A stretch of DNA of 64,000 nucleotides from Corallochytrium limacisporum Hawaii (taxonomy: Eukaryota > Protista > Pluriformea): contig PDIP01000030.1 of the NCBI GenBank assembly GCA_002811645.1, positions 214,383-278,382 of the forward strand, in the 5' to 3' direction. The position numbers and the translations under genes are program-made. Positions 34,195-44,800 of this stretch are shown here, piece after piece. Numbering within the stretch: the first letter of the stretch is position 1; each line of letters begins with the position of its first letter. The notes under the pieces are model-generated. The model was not told where the DNA came from. It was given only the letters and a program-made list of their open reading frames with translations, and did not search any database.

Positions 34195-34612
34195 GGTTGT
34201 GTGCCCCTTCTGCAGATCAGCCTTGTTCTAGTCTCTTCTCATGTCATGCTTCTCATCTTTGCATTAGAAAGGACTGTATTATCGAACAAACAAGGAGAAA
34301 TAAAATTCTAAGCTAAACGCTGGATGACTATTTCCATCTACGAAGCCCATGACGTACCTTGTTGACTTGCAGCACGCAGTTCCGGAAACGGGCCAAAACA
34401 GTCGTCCGGGCCTCATTGCCCTCCTTCGCCGGCCACTATCCATCTCCCATTTTTCCCCTCTTTTGCGCGCTCCATGCGAAACACTGCCTCCATTGCCCTC
34501 CCCCCCCCCCTGGGGGGCCCTCCAAACCGTCCGGGCTGTCCTTGAATTCGCAGCAATTCCCGTATATCAAAATCATTGCCTTCTCCGCCGCTGCTCAAGA
34601 TTTTTGAGGCAT

Positions 34613-34632
34613 GTGTGTGTGTGTGTGTGTGT
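34613..34632. repeat. (GT)10 microsatellite
   Basis: Read directly. Confidence 0.88.
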
Positions 34633-35181
34633 TTCTGACCGTTGTGGGCCCACACAGCGCACTCCCGGGGCGAGGAGGAGCGTGCCGGGCAGAGAGATCC
34701 AAGGCGTCCCGCAGTTTGCAATGAATGAGTCGCCAGGCACGACGCAGCAGGGCGTAGCATTTTCCAATTTTTCCTTGAAATCACGAGCCACAACCGAATC
34801 GGCGCAGGGCCATCTGCTGCTGCTCCAACATTCCCCGGGATTGTCGTGTGACAGGAGTCCGCACCGAATATCCATAGGTTAGGTATCGCTACCGAACCTT
34901 CGAGATTACCGCTCCCAGCTCCCGGCGATAAAATAGATAGAAATCCCGCAAAAAAAAAAAAAAAGAAAAACGGAAAACTAAAATATGGAACTCCAAAGCC
35001 GGGGAAACGAGTGCGTTTTGGGTGGAAACAGAGCAATGAAAATTTTGCAAGCAACGCTAAAGCTCCATAGCGGCGGCAACATTGGCGCAGCAGGTACGTT
35101 CACTACCGGTGCTTACGCGCCAAAACCCGACTGGACCCAGCACACTGCGGTTGCCCGCTGCTCCCAATCCCTCCCCCCCCC

Positions 35182-35392
35182 NNNNNNNNNNNNNNNNNNN
35201 NNNNNNNNNNNNNNNNNNNNNNNNNNNNNNNNNNNNNNNNNNNNNNNNNNNNNNNNNNNNNNNNNNNNNNNNNNNNNNNNNNNNNNNNNNNNNNNNNNNN
35301 NNNNNNNNNNNNNNNNNNNNNNNNNNNNNNNNNNNNNNNNNNNNNNNNNNNNNNNNNNNNNNNNNNNNNNNNNNNNNNNNNNNNNNNNNNNN
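35182..35392. other. Assembly gap (211 N)
   Basis: N run flanked by C-rich tracts. Confidence 1.
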
Positions 35393-36055
35393 CCCTCCCT
35401 CTCCTCCGTTTCCCAATCCCTTGCGGTTGCGGTTTGATTTGGAGCGGAGAAACCATGGGCATGGCCAAAATTTCTTCTCTCCTCAACTTATCGTTGTGGA
35501 GAAGGAGGGGGGAGGGACGCGGCCGTGCAGGTTGTCGGCTTGCACGGGCGGAAGAGGACGTGTGGAGGTGGAAGGCACCATTCCAAAAAAAAAAAAAAAG
35601 CCAAATGGCTCATTTGGGGACCCAATTTAATATTTGCCGGAGAGCAGTTAATACAGAAATTTTATTGAAACAGGAACGGAGAAGCGGAGGGGCTCGACCA
35701 GAGAGAGAAAGAAAAAAGAAAAAGAAAGGGAGGGAGGTGTGGACCGTACAAGCCGATATCACCGCCGCAGATTGAAGATTTTGTGCCGCGTAAGATCCTG
35801 TCTTGGGGCCTCAAAATATGGGATTGTCCGGTTCCTATGCGCATCAATTGGAGCCAAATTTCGTTTCTCCTCTTTGTGAATGGCGTAGATGAGGACTGCA
35901 GAACTTCTGGATGTCATTGTTCCCAATTCTGGCCACTGAAATATCGTTAGAAGGTTTTTCAAATGAAGTGGGAGCAGAGGATTGAGAGCCCATGGAAATG
36001 TACAGGACATCCGACGTTGGGTGTGTTACCAGTAGGAGCGTCAAAACATACGATC

Positions 36056-37912
36056 ATGAGCCAACAGGAGATAGAATTGGAAGAGAAGGAAGGCCTTCTT
36101 GGCGATCACAGTGATCAGGGACACGGACATAGCCACGATGGCGTTCCATGTGATGGCCATGGACATGGTGCGCCAACTCCAGGAGCTGAAGCAGAGGAAG
36201 AGCCACAACCTCCCGAACCTGAAATCACAGATATTTGGGTTGCTGCACAGCATGGAGATTTGGACAAGATTCGGTATTTTGTAGAAGAAGAAAAGGTTGA
36301 TATTAATGAGTTTGATGGTGAAGGCTGTCACGTCATGCACTGGGCTGCCATCAACGGACGCACCAATGTTATGCGATACCTGTTTAGCCACGGAGCCTGG
36401 GTTGACCCTGTGGGAGGCGTATTGGAGGCAACTCCTTTGCTGTGGGCTGTGCGCCAGGGTCAGCTAGATGCGACAATGTTACTGGTCAAACAGGGTGCTG
36501 ACTTGAGCTCGGCAGATAAGCAAGGCTTCAATGCTTTGCACCTGGCCGTTCAATTTGGATTTGCGCATATTGCCGCCTACATTATTGCAAAAGGAGTAGA
36601 TGTCGAGTCTCGCGATCCTGATGGACGTAATGCTTTACACTGGGCTGCTATCCGTGTCTACACACCAGAAATGATCCACCTGTTGAAACGGTTCGGGCTC
36701 AGTCCCAACAGTCTAGACAATGCCAAGAACACACCGCTGCATTGGGCTGCTATAGTTGGTAATGAGTGTGCTACTGAAGAGCTTATCGAAACAATGGGTG
36801 CAAAGCTCGACCTCGTCAATGCGGACGGACTCACACCCTTCCAGATTGCTAGTGATAAGGGCTTCACTAACGTTTCCCGTGTGCTTCAAGAAACCGAAGA
36901 CAAGCAGAACGGTAAGCAGACCTTCTTTGTAAAAAATGGTGAGATGCTAAGCTACGTGGTCCCTGGGCTTGGTATTCATCTGGCTATTGCAACCTTCACA
37001 TTCCTTCCTATTCTCTATGCGACGGGTGTAGTTTTGGTTGGTATCTTTGCTGCTAGCCAGGTTATGTCCCGCATTCCATGGAGCGATACAAATTCTGACC
37101 ACGCAGCTCAAGGCATCTACCTTTCTACAATGTTCGTCCTGCTCACAACCTCCATTCTGGTCCTCATGCCTTACTTCCCAGGCTTCTTGTTTGGTATGGT
37201 CTTCTTCATAGTGTGCTTCCTGAACACTGGAAACTACTATCGCACATGGATGGGTGACCCCGGATTTGTCAGTTTTTCCACTGATGAAGTCAGAAGCCAG
37301 ATCGTTCACCTGGCAGAGAAAGGTGAACTGAGCACGAGCAATTTTTGCCCGACGTGTGTTCAGCGCAAGCCTGTGCGCTCCAAACACTGTTCCTCGTGTA
37401 AGAGATGCGTGGCCAAATTTGATCACCATTGCCCATTCACCGGCAACTGCGTTGGCCAGGCCAACCATCGTTCATTCATGTATTTTGTCACCTTTATCGG
37501 GATCAACGCCATCCTGTATGTATGGGCCAGTATCTACTATCTGAATCTTATGATGCCCGGAGCTGCAGAAAAAGGCATTGGCCACCGGATCGTCGCCTGG
37601 GGAGTGAACCACACCTGGGTTTTCCTGCAGATGCTCGATTGCTGTGTCCATGTTCTTTGGACCTTAATCCTTGGACTGTGCCAGCAGTATCAGATTGCTA
37701 TTGGACAGACGACCAACGAACGCATGAACTTCGGCCGCTACAAATACCACGAAGATGGGGTGAATCACTTTGACAAGGGCTGGCTTCGGAATTGTGTGAA
37801 TTTCTATGGGTGCAAGATAGCGGGATTGTACTCTCCAAATCTGCAGGACTTCACTAATGTGTTCCACCACCATGACATTGACAACCCTAAGGGTGGCAGC
37901 AATATGGCGTAA
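36056..37912 (+). CDS. Ankyrin-repeat DHHC palmitoyltransferase (ZDHHC17/13, Akr1 family)
   Basis: About six ankyrin repeats, TM helices, FCPTC..RKPVRSKHCSSCKRCVAKFDHHCPFTGNCVG and TTNER. Start atcATG 36056 preferred; an in-frame ATG also exists at 35963. Confidence 0.95.
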   Translation: MSQQEIELEEKEGLLGDHSDQGHGHSHDGVPCDGHGHGAPTPGAEAEEEPQPPEPEITDIWVAAQHGDLDKIRYFVEEEKVDINEFDGEGCHVMHWAAINGRTNVMRYLFSHGAWVDPVGGVLEATPLLWAVRQGQLDATMLLVKQGADLSSADKQGFNALHLAVQFGFAHIAAYIIAKGVDVESRDPDGRNALHWAAIRVYTPEMIHLLKRFGLSPNSLDNAKNTPLHWAAIVGNECATEELIETMGAKLDLVNADGLTPFQIASDKGFTNVSRVLQETEDKQNGKQTFFVKNGEMLSYVVPGLGIHLAIATFTFLPILYATGVVLVGIFAASQVMSRIPWSDTNSDHAAQGIYLSTMFVLLTTSILVLMPYFPGFLFGMVFFIVCFLNTGNYYRTWMGDPGFVSFSTDEVRSQIVHLAEKGELSTSNFCPTCVQRKPVRSKHCSSCKRCVAKFDHHCPFTGNCVGQANHRSFMYFVTFIGINAILYVWASIYYLNLMMPGAAEKGIGHRIVAWGVNHTWVFLQMLDCCVHVLWTLILGLCQQYQIAIGQTTNERMNFGRYKYHEDGVNHFDKGWLRNCVNFYGCKIAGLYSPNLQDFTNVFHHHDIDNPKGGSNMA

Positions 37913-38053
37913 AGAAAATGAATTCCACTTGCATGTACACAAGGGTACAACACCCACTTATTTGTAGTAAGTAAATCTCATAGACGTACACGTACTTCTT
38001 TGTTCATTTCTGTATTCGGATTCTTGTTATGAAAACAGCAAGTTCGCAGGGTC

Positions 38054-38446
38054 CTATCGACGAGTACCGTCTTGGTCGCGATAGTAATAAGCGATCCGGA
38101 GGTGTTTGTAGTCATCTTTACCCGCAACAATAGTCTTAATCAGACCATTTGCCTTATCCTGCTTACGCCTTGTACCATCTCTCAGTTGTACGGTTTCCAT
38201 TTCGCGATACTTGATAATATTTCGAAAATGCCACTGCGACTCACTGTTCCACAAACGATCGTCCGTCCACCGTCTCACTTTCTTCGAATCGAACACGTAG
38301 AGGGTGCCATGGTCAATTGCTTGCTGTTCTGGTTTCGTTAGGTGCTTACTGTTAATGTTGATTGGGAGTTTTCCCGCCATGACTGAAATGAAGATACATT
38401 CCACATCTTCCTCGTCAAGTACATTACCAGTAAGAACTCTCGCCAT
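38054..38446 (-). CDS. Minimal WOPR (Gti1/Pac2) DNA-binding domain protein
   Basis: TG.V...D...F....G.LP, I..G..YVF...VRRWTD..LW...KYRE (WOPRa) and GLIKTI...HL.IAYY (WOPRb); acaATG start. Confidence 0.8.
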   Translation of the reverse strand: MARVLTGNVLDEEDVECIFISVMAGKLPININSKHLTKPEQQAIDHGTLYVFDSKKVRRWTDDRLWNSESQWHFRNIIKYREMETVQLRDGTRRKQDKANGLIKTIVAGKDDYKHLRIAYYYRDQDGTRR

Positions 38447-39131
38447 TGTACTCTACGGTAAAGGACAGATCATTTCTATTAGGGTTATAAATTGTCGCCG
38501 TCCATGTTCTTATGCAGTAATTCCTAAACGGTCGTTTCAAAAATCTTCTTCGGAGGCGACTGATAAATACCCCCTTTCACCGACGGCAGATAGGTATTTC
38601 ACTGGCGATTAATGGAATGCTGACGTCGCCGTCATCGGAATCCACAAAACGGAATGTGGACCCATTCGCGAAGCATTTTCCTATGCAGGTTGAGTATGGG
38701 GAAAATCCTGCCACAGACGACTCACCAATATGCCTTTTCGGGCATGCAGCCCCTGCATGTGACAGACCTCGGAAAATGTTTCGAATGAGGTTGCCACAAC
38801 AAAATGGGTAAAGGTGCCCTCTGTGCAATATGTCCGCAAAACCCACCCATCGGTGCGGAAACCACAGTGTACCCTATTGCTTGCAGCTATCCCGAATAAA
38901 AGGAACGATCACAATCTGTGGTGGGGACATTGCTTCTGTTTCAATTCCCCTCCCCTTTTGGTTCAACATTGAAGAGGGGGACCAAACCTCCGCCACCGAC
39001 TCTAAGCGAGGGGACCGCCGCAGAAAATTGGGGACCACTTTTTGCGAACGAGACGGGAAACAAAGCAGCAAAATGAAAGAGATGCTTCATGTATTAGGTC
39101 GTTATGTATGGATATCTTTGCAGTCAGTCCA

Positions 39132-40478
39132 CTACTGGACATCGATCTCCGTGACATCCAGTTGCAGAATGTCACAGCGGGTGTTGAGGATGCTACGTAC
39201 GCTCGGCTGAGTGCGCCCAAAGTCGCTGTGCACAAACTCTTTGATATACGTGCCGGCGGCTGTGCTGAGGTCGAGAATAAAACAGTGCGGATTGATGAAC
39301 TCGCAGTTTAGCGTGCCAATGTTCCGCGGCCGCGCAAGGGGCGCGCGGCGATGAAGGACTCGAATCGGTGTCTTTTGAGAGATCTCCAATGGCGCCTGCG
39401 CCGCAAGATACTCCAGTTGTTCATGAGTGACTGGCTTCTCAGTGTAGATCACAGCACGGTAATACTTTACCTTGTTCTGTTCCGCTTCCTTGACGACATT
39501 CTGGTCCGTACGAGATGCGGTCTGTAGATTGCTCACCGCGACGGCTCCTCCAGACTTCTCCTCGATTTCCTTTTCTATGGCCTTGATCAATATCGGGTCT
39601 CGCAGAAGGGATCGCGCCTGGCGAATCTCTAGAATGAATGGCCGGCCCTTGCCCAACATGCGCACATCCAAGTCTTCCCGGCCGGCGGTTTGGAAAGATG
39701 CGAACTTGCTGCCTATGCGTTCCTTGATCGGATCGCTTATATACTGTTCCACGCTATGACACTGCATATTCTCCAGGTACCATGCCGACTGACTGACGTT
39801 GCGAGCGTATTTGTGGTAGTTCCCTTTGAACATTTGGAAGTCCCAGTAGCCCTCTACCTTGTACGTCACGCACTGTGGGGGGATTGCATCCAATGCGTCG
39901 TCCAGAATATCAAGTACGTTGTGCCACTTGATTCGACGCTCCATTTGCTCAATTACTACATTAATATTTGGTTTAAACGACTTCTTCCAATTGATACACT
40001 GCAGAAACGCGTCCAAGTCTCGATCATCCAGTGCACTGGAGATGGTTATGTCAATCGTCCAAGTTGGATTCTCCTTCTTCTGTGATTGCTGTCCAGTCTG
40101 TACAATGCCCAGCACAGACTTAGCGTGATTACGAAAGAAAGAGGTGTTTCCTTTGCTGTTCAGGCTTCTTTCTAATCGTCGCAACTTTTCCCTAAAGACG
40201 CGCTGACGAATCATAACGCACTTTGGCAGTTCTAGTGCCACACTAGTGCCTTCCTCCGTGGCCGAATGGCAGCCACCTTCACCAAAGTACGGTTCGACGT
40301 TGAGTGCCTCATCTCTGAGATCATTGATCTTCTTCAAAACCTTAGGCTGAAAAAGACCAAGGCAACTACGACAGACCTGATCCACAGATTCGTCCAAGGT
40401 TTTAAACTCCGATTGCCAGTCCCCCTGGACGTGCGCACCGAAGCAGGCACTGCAGTGCTGCGTAGACCAGTCTGCCAT
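39132..40478 (-). CDS. PUS10: tRNA pseudouridine synthase Pus10
   Basis: GNYHKYARNVSQSAW, AGREDLDVRMLGKGRPF, QKTPIRVLHRR, AGTYIKEFVHSDFGRT and LQLDV; N-terminal CxxC pairs. Start acaATG 40478. Confidence 0.95.
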   Translation of the reverse strand: MADWSTQHCSACFGAHVQGDWQSEFKTLDESVDQVCRSCLGLFQPKVLKKINDLRDEALNVEPYFGEGGCHSATEEGTSVALELPKCVMIRQRVFREKLRRLERSLNSKGNTSFFRNHAKSVLGIVQTGQQSQKKENPTWTIDITISSALDDRDLDAFLQCINWKKSFKPNINVVIEQMERRIKWHNVLDILDDALDAIPPQCVTYKVEGYWDFQMFKGNYHKYARNVSQSAWYLENMQCHSVEQYISDPIKERIGSKFASFQTAGREDLDVRMLGKGRPFILEIRQARSLLRDPILIKAIEKEIEEKSGGAVAVSNLQTASRTDQNVVKEAEQNKVKYYRAVIYTEKPVTHEQLEYLAAQAPLEISQKTPIRVLHRRAPLARPRNIGTLNCEFINPHCFILDLSTAAGTYIKEFVHSDFGRTQPSVRSILNTRCDILQLDVTEIDVQ

Positions 40479-40771
40479 TGTACTGCAGATCAAGTCATGG
40501 CATACCCGCTGGTAATAAATCGATCGAACATGAGGGTCGAACCTGCTGAAAACCAGGTCCTCATCTGTTGACGCGCCAGCACCTTCATAAGTAGCCGCAC
40601 CAATCCTCGTGTGCCTCCCTCGCGCCCAGGGGGGAGGGGAGCGGTGTGGGGGCAGAGACCCGTGTGCCTCCGGCAGGCAAGGGAAAGTAAAACAATCGGG
40701 ATGTGCTTGCGTTTTAAAGAAATTTGAAACCAAGGAGAGCAAGGTTTACACATTGTCAATATATTCTTATG

Positions 40772-41446
40772 TTACAGCCTCCTTCCTAGGCGATCCAGGA
40801 GCGCCACGATCAGACCCACTGGTGACGTTGCGAGGTCACGTACAGTACGATCGAACTCTCCTGCAACAGGGAGATATGGTTCCTCATCGCTGTCGTGTTT
40901 GCTGGCTTGGGTTTCTGCAGAATCGCCAAAGTCCTTGTCATCCACAACCTCGTGCGATGGTTCATCCGCTGCGAGAGTAGTTGTGTACTCATGTAACTCA
41001 TTGCGCACCTGCTTCAGCATCTCGAGGGTGTCATGATCCAGTTGAGTATTCTGTTCTCGTGCTAAGTCCAAAAGCTCTCTCAGCTGATCATTGAAGTGTT
41101 CTTCTGAGTTCTGTAACATACGGTGAGCGAGGCTGTCATGTACCGACAGCATGCTGCTCACTGCCCCGAGGGCCGCAAATATGGCCTGACCAGGAATCGT
41201 CAAAAGGCTTGGACGAACTCTTAAATTCCGAGCGGCATTTTCAAGCCGATCACTTTGGGGCCTTTGTAGGCTCCGGGAGTGGTCAAAGGCCGCAAAGCTT
41301 TCCTGAGCTCTTCGTAAGAGAAGCTGAGACCGAATCAGGCTCTGGATCTGTTGGTCGAGGGACCTTTGAAATCCACGACTACTGCTTGTGTAGTACCGGA
41401 CGGTAACAGCACGCGCCAAAATTTGTGTTCCCAACGTAAGTCGCAT
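40772..41446 (-). CDS. COQ7-like (ferritin-fold) mitochondrial protein with degenerate di-iron ligands
   Basis: Presequence; LRVRPSLL......ALGA.S.ML; EEHFNDQLREL; LKQVRNE; C-terminal RRL follow the COQ7 pattern. Confidence 0.7.
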   Translation of the reverse strand: MRLTLGTQILARAVTVRYYTSSSRGFQRSLDQQIQSLIRSQLLLRRAQESFAAFDHSRSLQRPQSDRLENAARNLRVRPSLLTIPGQAIFAALGAVSSMLSVHDSLAHRMLQNSEEHFNDQLRELLDLAREQNTQLDHDTLEMLKQVRNELHEYTTTLAADEPSHEVVDDKDFGDSAETQASKHDSDEEPYLPVAGEFDRTVRDLATSPVGLIVALLDRLGRRL

Positions 41447-41847
41447 TGTATTGGCTATCCGCCTGTGTCAGACTTCATGACTTCGGAGGAATGCACACAT
41501 TCCAACAGACCATATTGATTCCACAATTCCATATAACGCATTCGCAGGGCCCGCTTGACAGATGTGTCCTCGAAATAGCATGCTGATTCACTCAGAGAAA
41601 CAGAGAGGAGCCAGCTCCTCCGGCCCAGTCCCCAAGTGGTCTCGGGCGGCATCCACAAATGCCCTTTCCCCGGCAGGTAGAGGGAGAGAGGGGGATCAAG
41701 AAGCAAGGGAGAGACACAGGTTGGGACTGTTTCTAGTTGCTCATATATTACACACTATGTTTGCTGCTTCGATATGAATGTTTTCTGATGTGTGATATGC
41801 ATTGTGGTTGTGATATGCTTGTGGTTGGGATGACTGTGATCACCGAG

Positions 41848-44800
41848 TCATCCGTCATCCCCTTTGCTCCACATATCTTTGCGGAGCAACGACTTGTTGT
41901 TCAGATTCGGATCGGCCTCGATGTTTGGCAACGGTACTGGCACTCTCTTGGCAGGTCTTTCTTCCAAAGTTTTCTCCAGAAGGCCAAGCAGCATTTCGCT
42001 CTTGATGGGTTTAACCGCATAATGATCCATGCCGTTGGCAAGTCCGGCCGCGGCATCCTCTGACCCAACGCACGCTGACAGGCCGATCAGGTACGGGCGG
42101 TAGTCTCCCATGTCAGTGCATATCTGACGAGCTGCATCAAACCCGTTCATGACCGGCATGTGATAGTCAAGGATGACCAGATCGAACGGATTCTGCTTCA
42201 GTGCGTCGATCGCAAGCGCTCCATTTTCGACGATGACCAACTCCTTGACGTAGGGTTTAAGCAGCTTCAGGATAACTCGTTGATTAATCTTGTGGTCCTC
42301 GGCAACAAGAATTCGTGCATTCTTAAGCATCGCATAGCGAATGGTCTCGTCAGCCTCCTCCACACTGCTGTGGGTTCTGATATTGGGGAGCTGCATTGCA
42401 CTGCGAGTAGCTCCAATGACATCCCAAATGGTCACTACCTTAGGCAGATTGACAGACGGCAGTACGGCTTCCTCACCGTAGTCACCATCCACACTGCTGC
42501 TATTGCCTGTGCCGCTCGTGCCAGTGGTGGTGCTGTTTCCGGAAGGGAAGATACTTGCAAGGCGCTGATCAACAAAGCGCACGATGCGAATGTCTTTGGC
42601 TTCGGTGATTGCCTGGAGACGGCGACTGGCTTCAGGGCATAGGTGAGATGCAGTGCCCAGGTACACCAGCTTGACCATTTCATAGGGGAGATTGCCCATT
42701 GCTTGCTCCACGCTTGCGATGTCATCGCAAGCGATGGGTTTGAATCCGCAGAACACTCGCTGACTGGTAATGTTCAGTACCTCCTTCTCCTGTTCATTGC
42801 ATTTGAAGTAGACAACCACAGCGTTGTCAAAGGAAACCTGGCTATCAGAGGATGAGGGGGTGCTGCTGTCACGGAAACTAGGAATGCTACTGATCGGCTC
42901 TTGCAGTGTGTCCGTACTCTGCTCTTCCAGAGGCACAGTGATTGTGAACTGTGAGCCACAGTGGCTTCGTGATTCCACGGTCATAAAGCCACCCATTAGC
43001 TTCAAGAGTTTCATGCTAATGTGCAGGCCCAGACCAGTACCACCGTATTTGCGCGTCGTGGAACCATCGGCCTGGCTGAAGGGTTCAAAGATTTGCTGCA
43101 GTTGAGCAGCAGTCATACCGATTCCGGTGTCTGTGATGCGAAGGCGCAAGCGCTGACCACCAGGCACATCCTCAGATCCTAAAGAGGCTGTTTCGCTGCT
43201 GTCATCCTTCGGGCCAATATCGATGGCGATCTTGTCTACTTTGGCCAGATCAAGGTCACAGTCTTCCTTAGCTGATGAAGAGAGAGTTTCGTTAGAGATG
43301 TGATGCAAATCAAAAGCAGATTTTTCATTGGTGCTGTGCATATCTTCGCCATCTCCAAGGACATCGATGTGTACCGCGATGAATCCATGCTTGGTGAACT
43401 TTGCTGCGTTGCTGAGCATGTTCATAATAATCTGCCGCAGCCGGAATGGATCAATGTATACTGTGGAAGGCACATTCGGACCAATGATGGTGTACAAACG
43501 CACATCCTTCCCCACTGCTCGGGTGATCATGTTCATAGTATTCGTCGCAATGTCGCCAATTGAGCAGTGTTCGCGACACAATTCCACCTTGCCAGCATCG
43601 ATCTTGGTGACATCCAGGACATCCCTGATAATATCATTCAAGACATATGCGCTTTGGGTCATCAAATCGATGTTTTCTTCCTGTTCTTCGGTCAGATTTG
43701 GGGCCTTTGATAGCGATGGAGCAATGCCAATAATAGCATTTAGTGGAGTCAAAAGCTCATGGGACATCGTCGCAAGGAAGCGCATCTTACTAGCCATGTT
43801 TCGTTTGATATCTTCCGCAAAAGCTTTTCGCAGCCTCCTGCGATGGACTTGAGACACTGCAAGGTTCAGACAGATCAACAGACTGGTCACGAACATCACT
43901 ATCCACAGGATCAAGCAGACCAGAAAAATGGTGTCAGCCGTGCCAAGATCATCGCTCCCTTCCACGTAGGTTATGGTAAGCGCTTCCATGTCTGGAGAGA
44001 CAATGGTCATGTCATACCAGTTGGATGTGAACCTCGCTGGCAGGTCAGCCTTCAGCCAGCCAACCACACTTGACCGTGACTTCTGCGTGGCTTCTGGCTC
44101 TGCGTTGCTGATGGTTTTGTACAGGCTAGGGTGCAACTCCTGCATGGTGTTTCGATCATCATCAGGGAATAAAAATCCAGCCAATTGAGGAACTGGTGTG
44201 GTGCTAAACGCATACTTCAGGAAGTACCCCTCGCCATCATAGAGCATCTGGGATTTCTGGAACTCATTTACCAGCAATTTCTCCGCATTGACATTCATAA
44301 TCAAATAGACAATCGGCTGTCGGGTGACTTCATCGCACAAGATATGGCTCATCCGGAATGTGAACATGTAAGGCTCCTCGATTACCCCTTCTTCAGTGTG
44401 GAGATCCAAACGTGACATATACACTTCTGTAGAATTGAGGGAAATAGATGGTTCATGGTACTGGGTATCTGCCTTGTTCTCGAGCTGGTCGTCATCGTAA
44501 ACAATAGCAACTCCAGAATCTCTGTCCATGTCCACCCGAATAATTTCATCACCGGACATGTCTATCAGTCGCAACTTAAATAGATCATTGTAGTTTTCCA
44601 TGAAGGAGCTAAACAGCAACTGGGCACTTTCTTTACTCTCCGTAGTGTCTTCCCCGTTGTTGTACTCCTGTACAAATGTCCGAACCTTCTGAGACTGGCT
44701 CAGGAAACTCATCGCACTTGCATATACGTTCACTGCTCTGTCGACAGCAGCATCCAATGTATGGATATCACCGACCAGATCAATCTCCACCTTATCTATT

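Noticed and set aside
40479-40742. TTG-initiated N-terminal extension of PUS10
   Set aside because: Promoter-like G/C-run sequence; family resemblance begins at ATG 40478.
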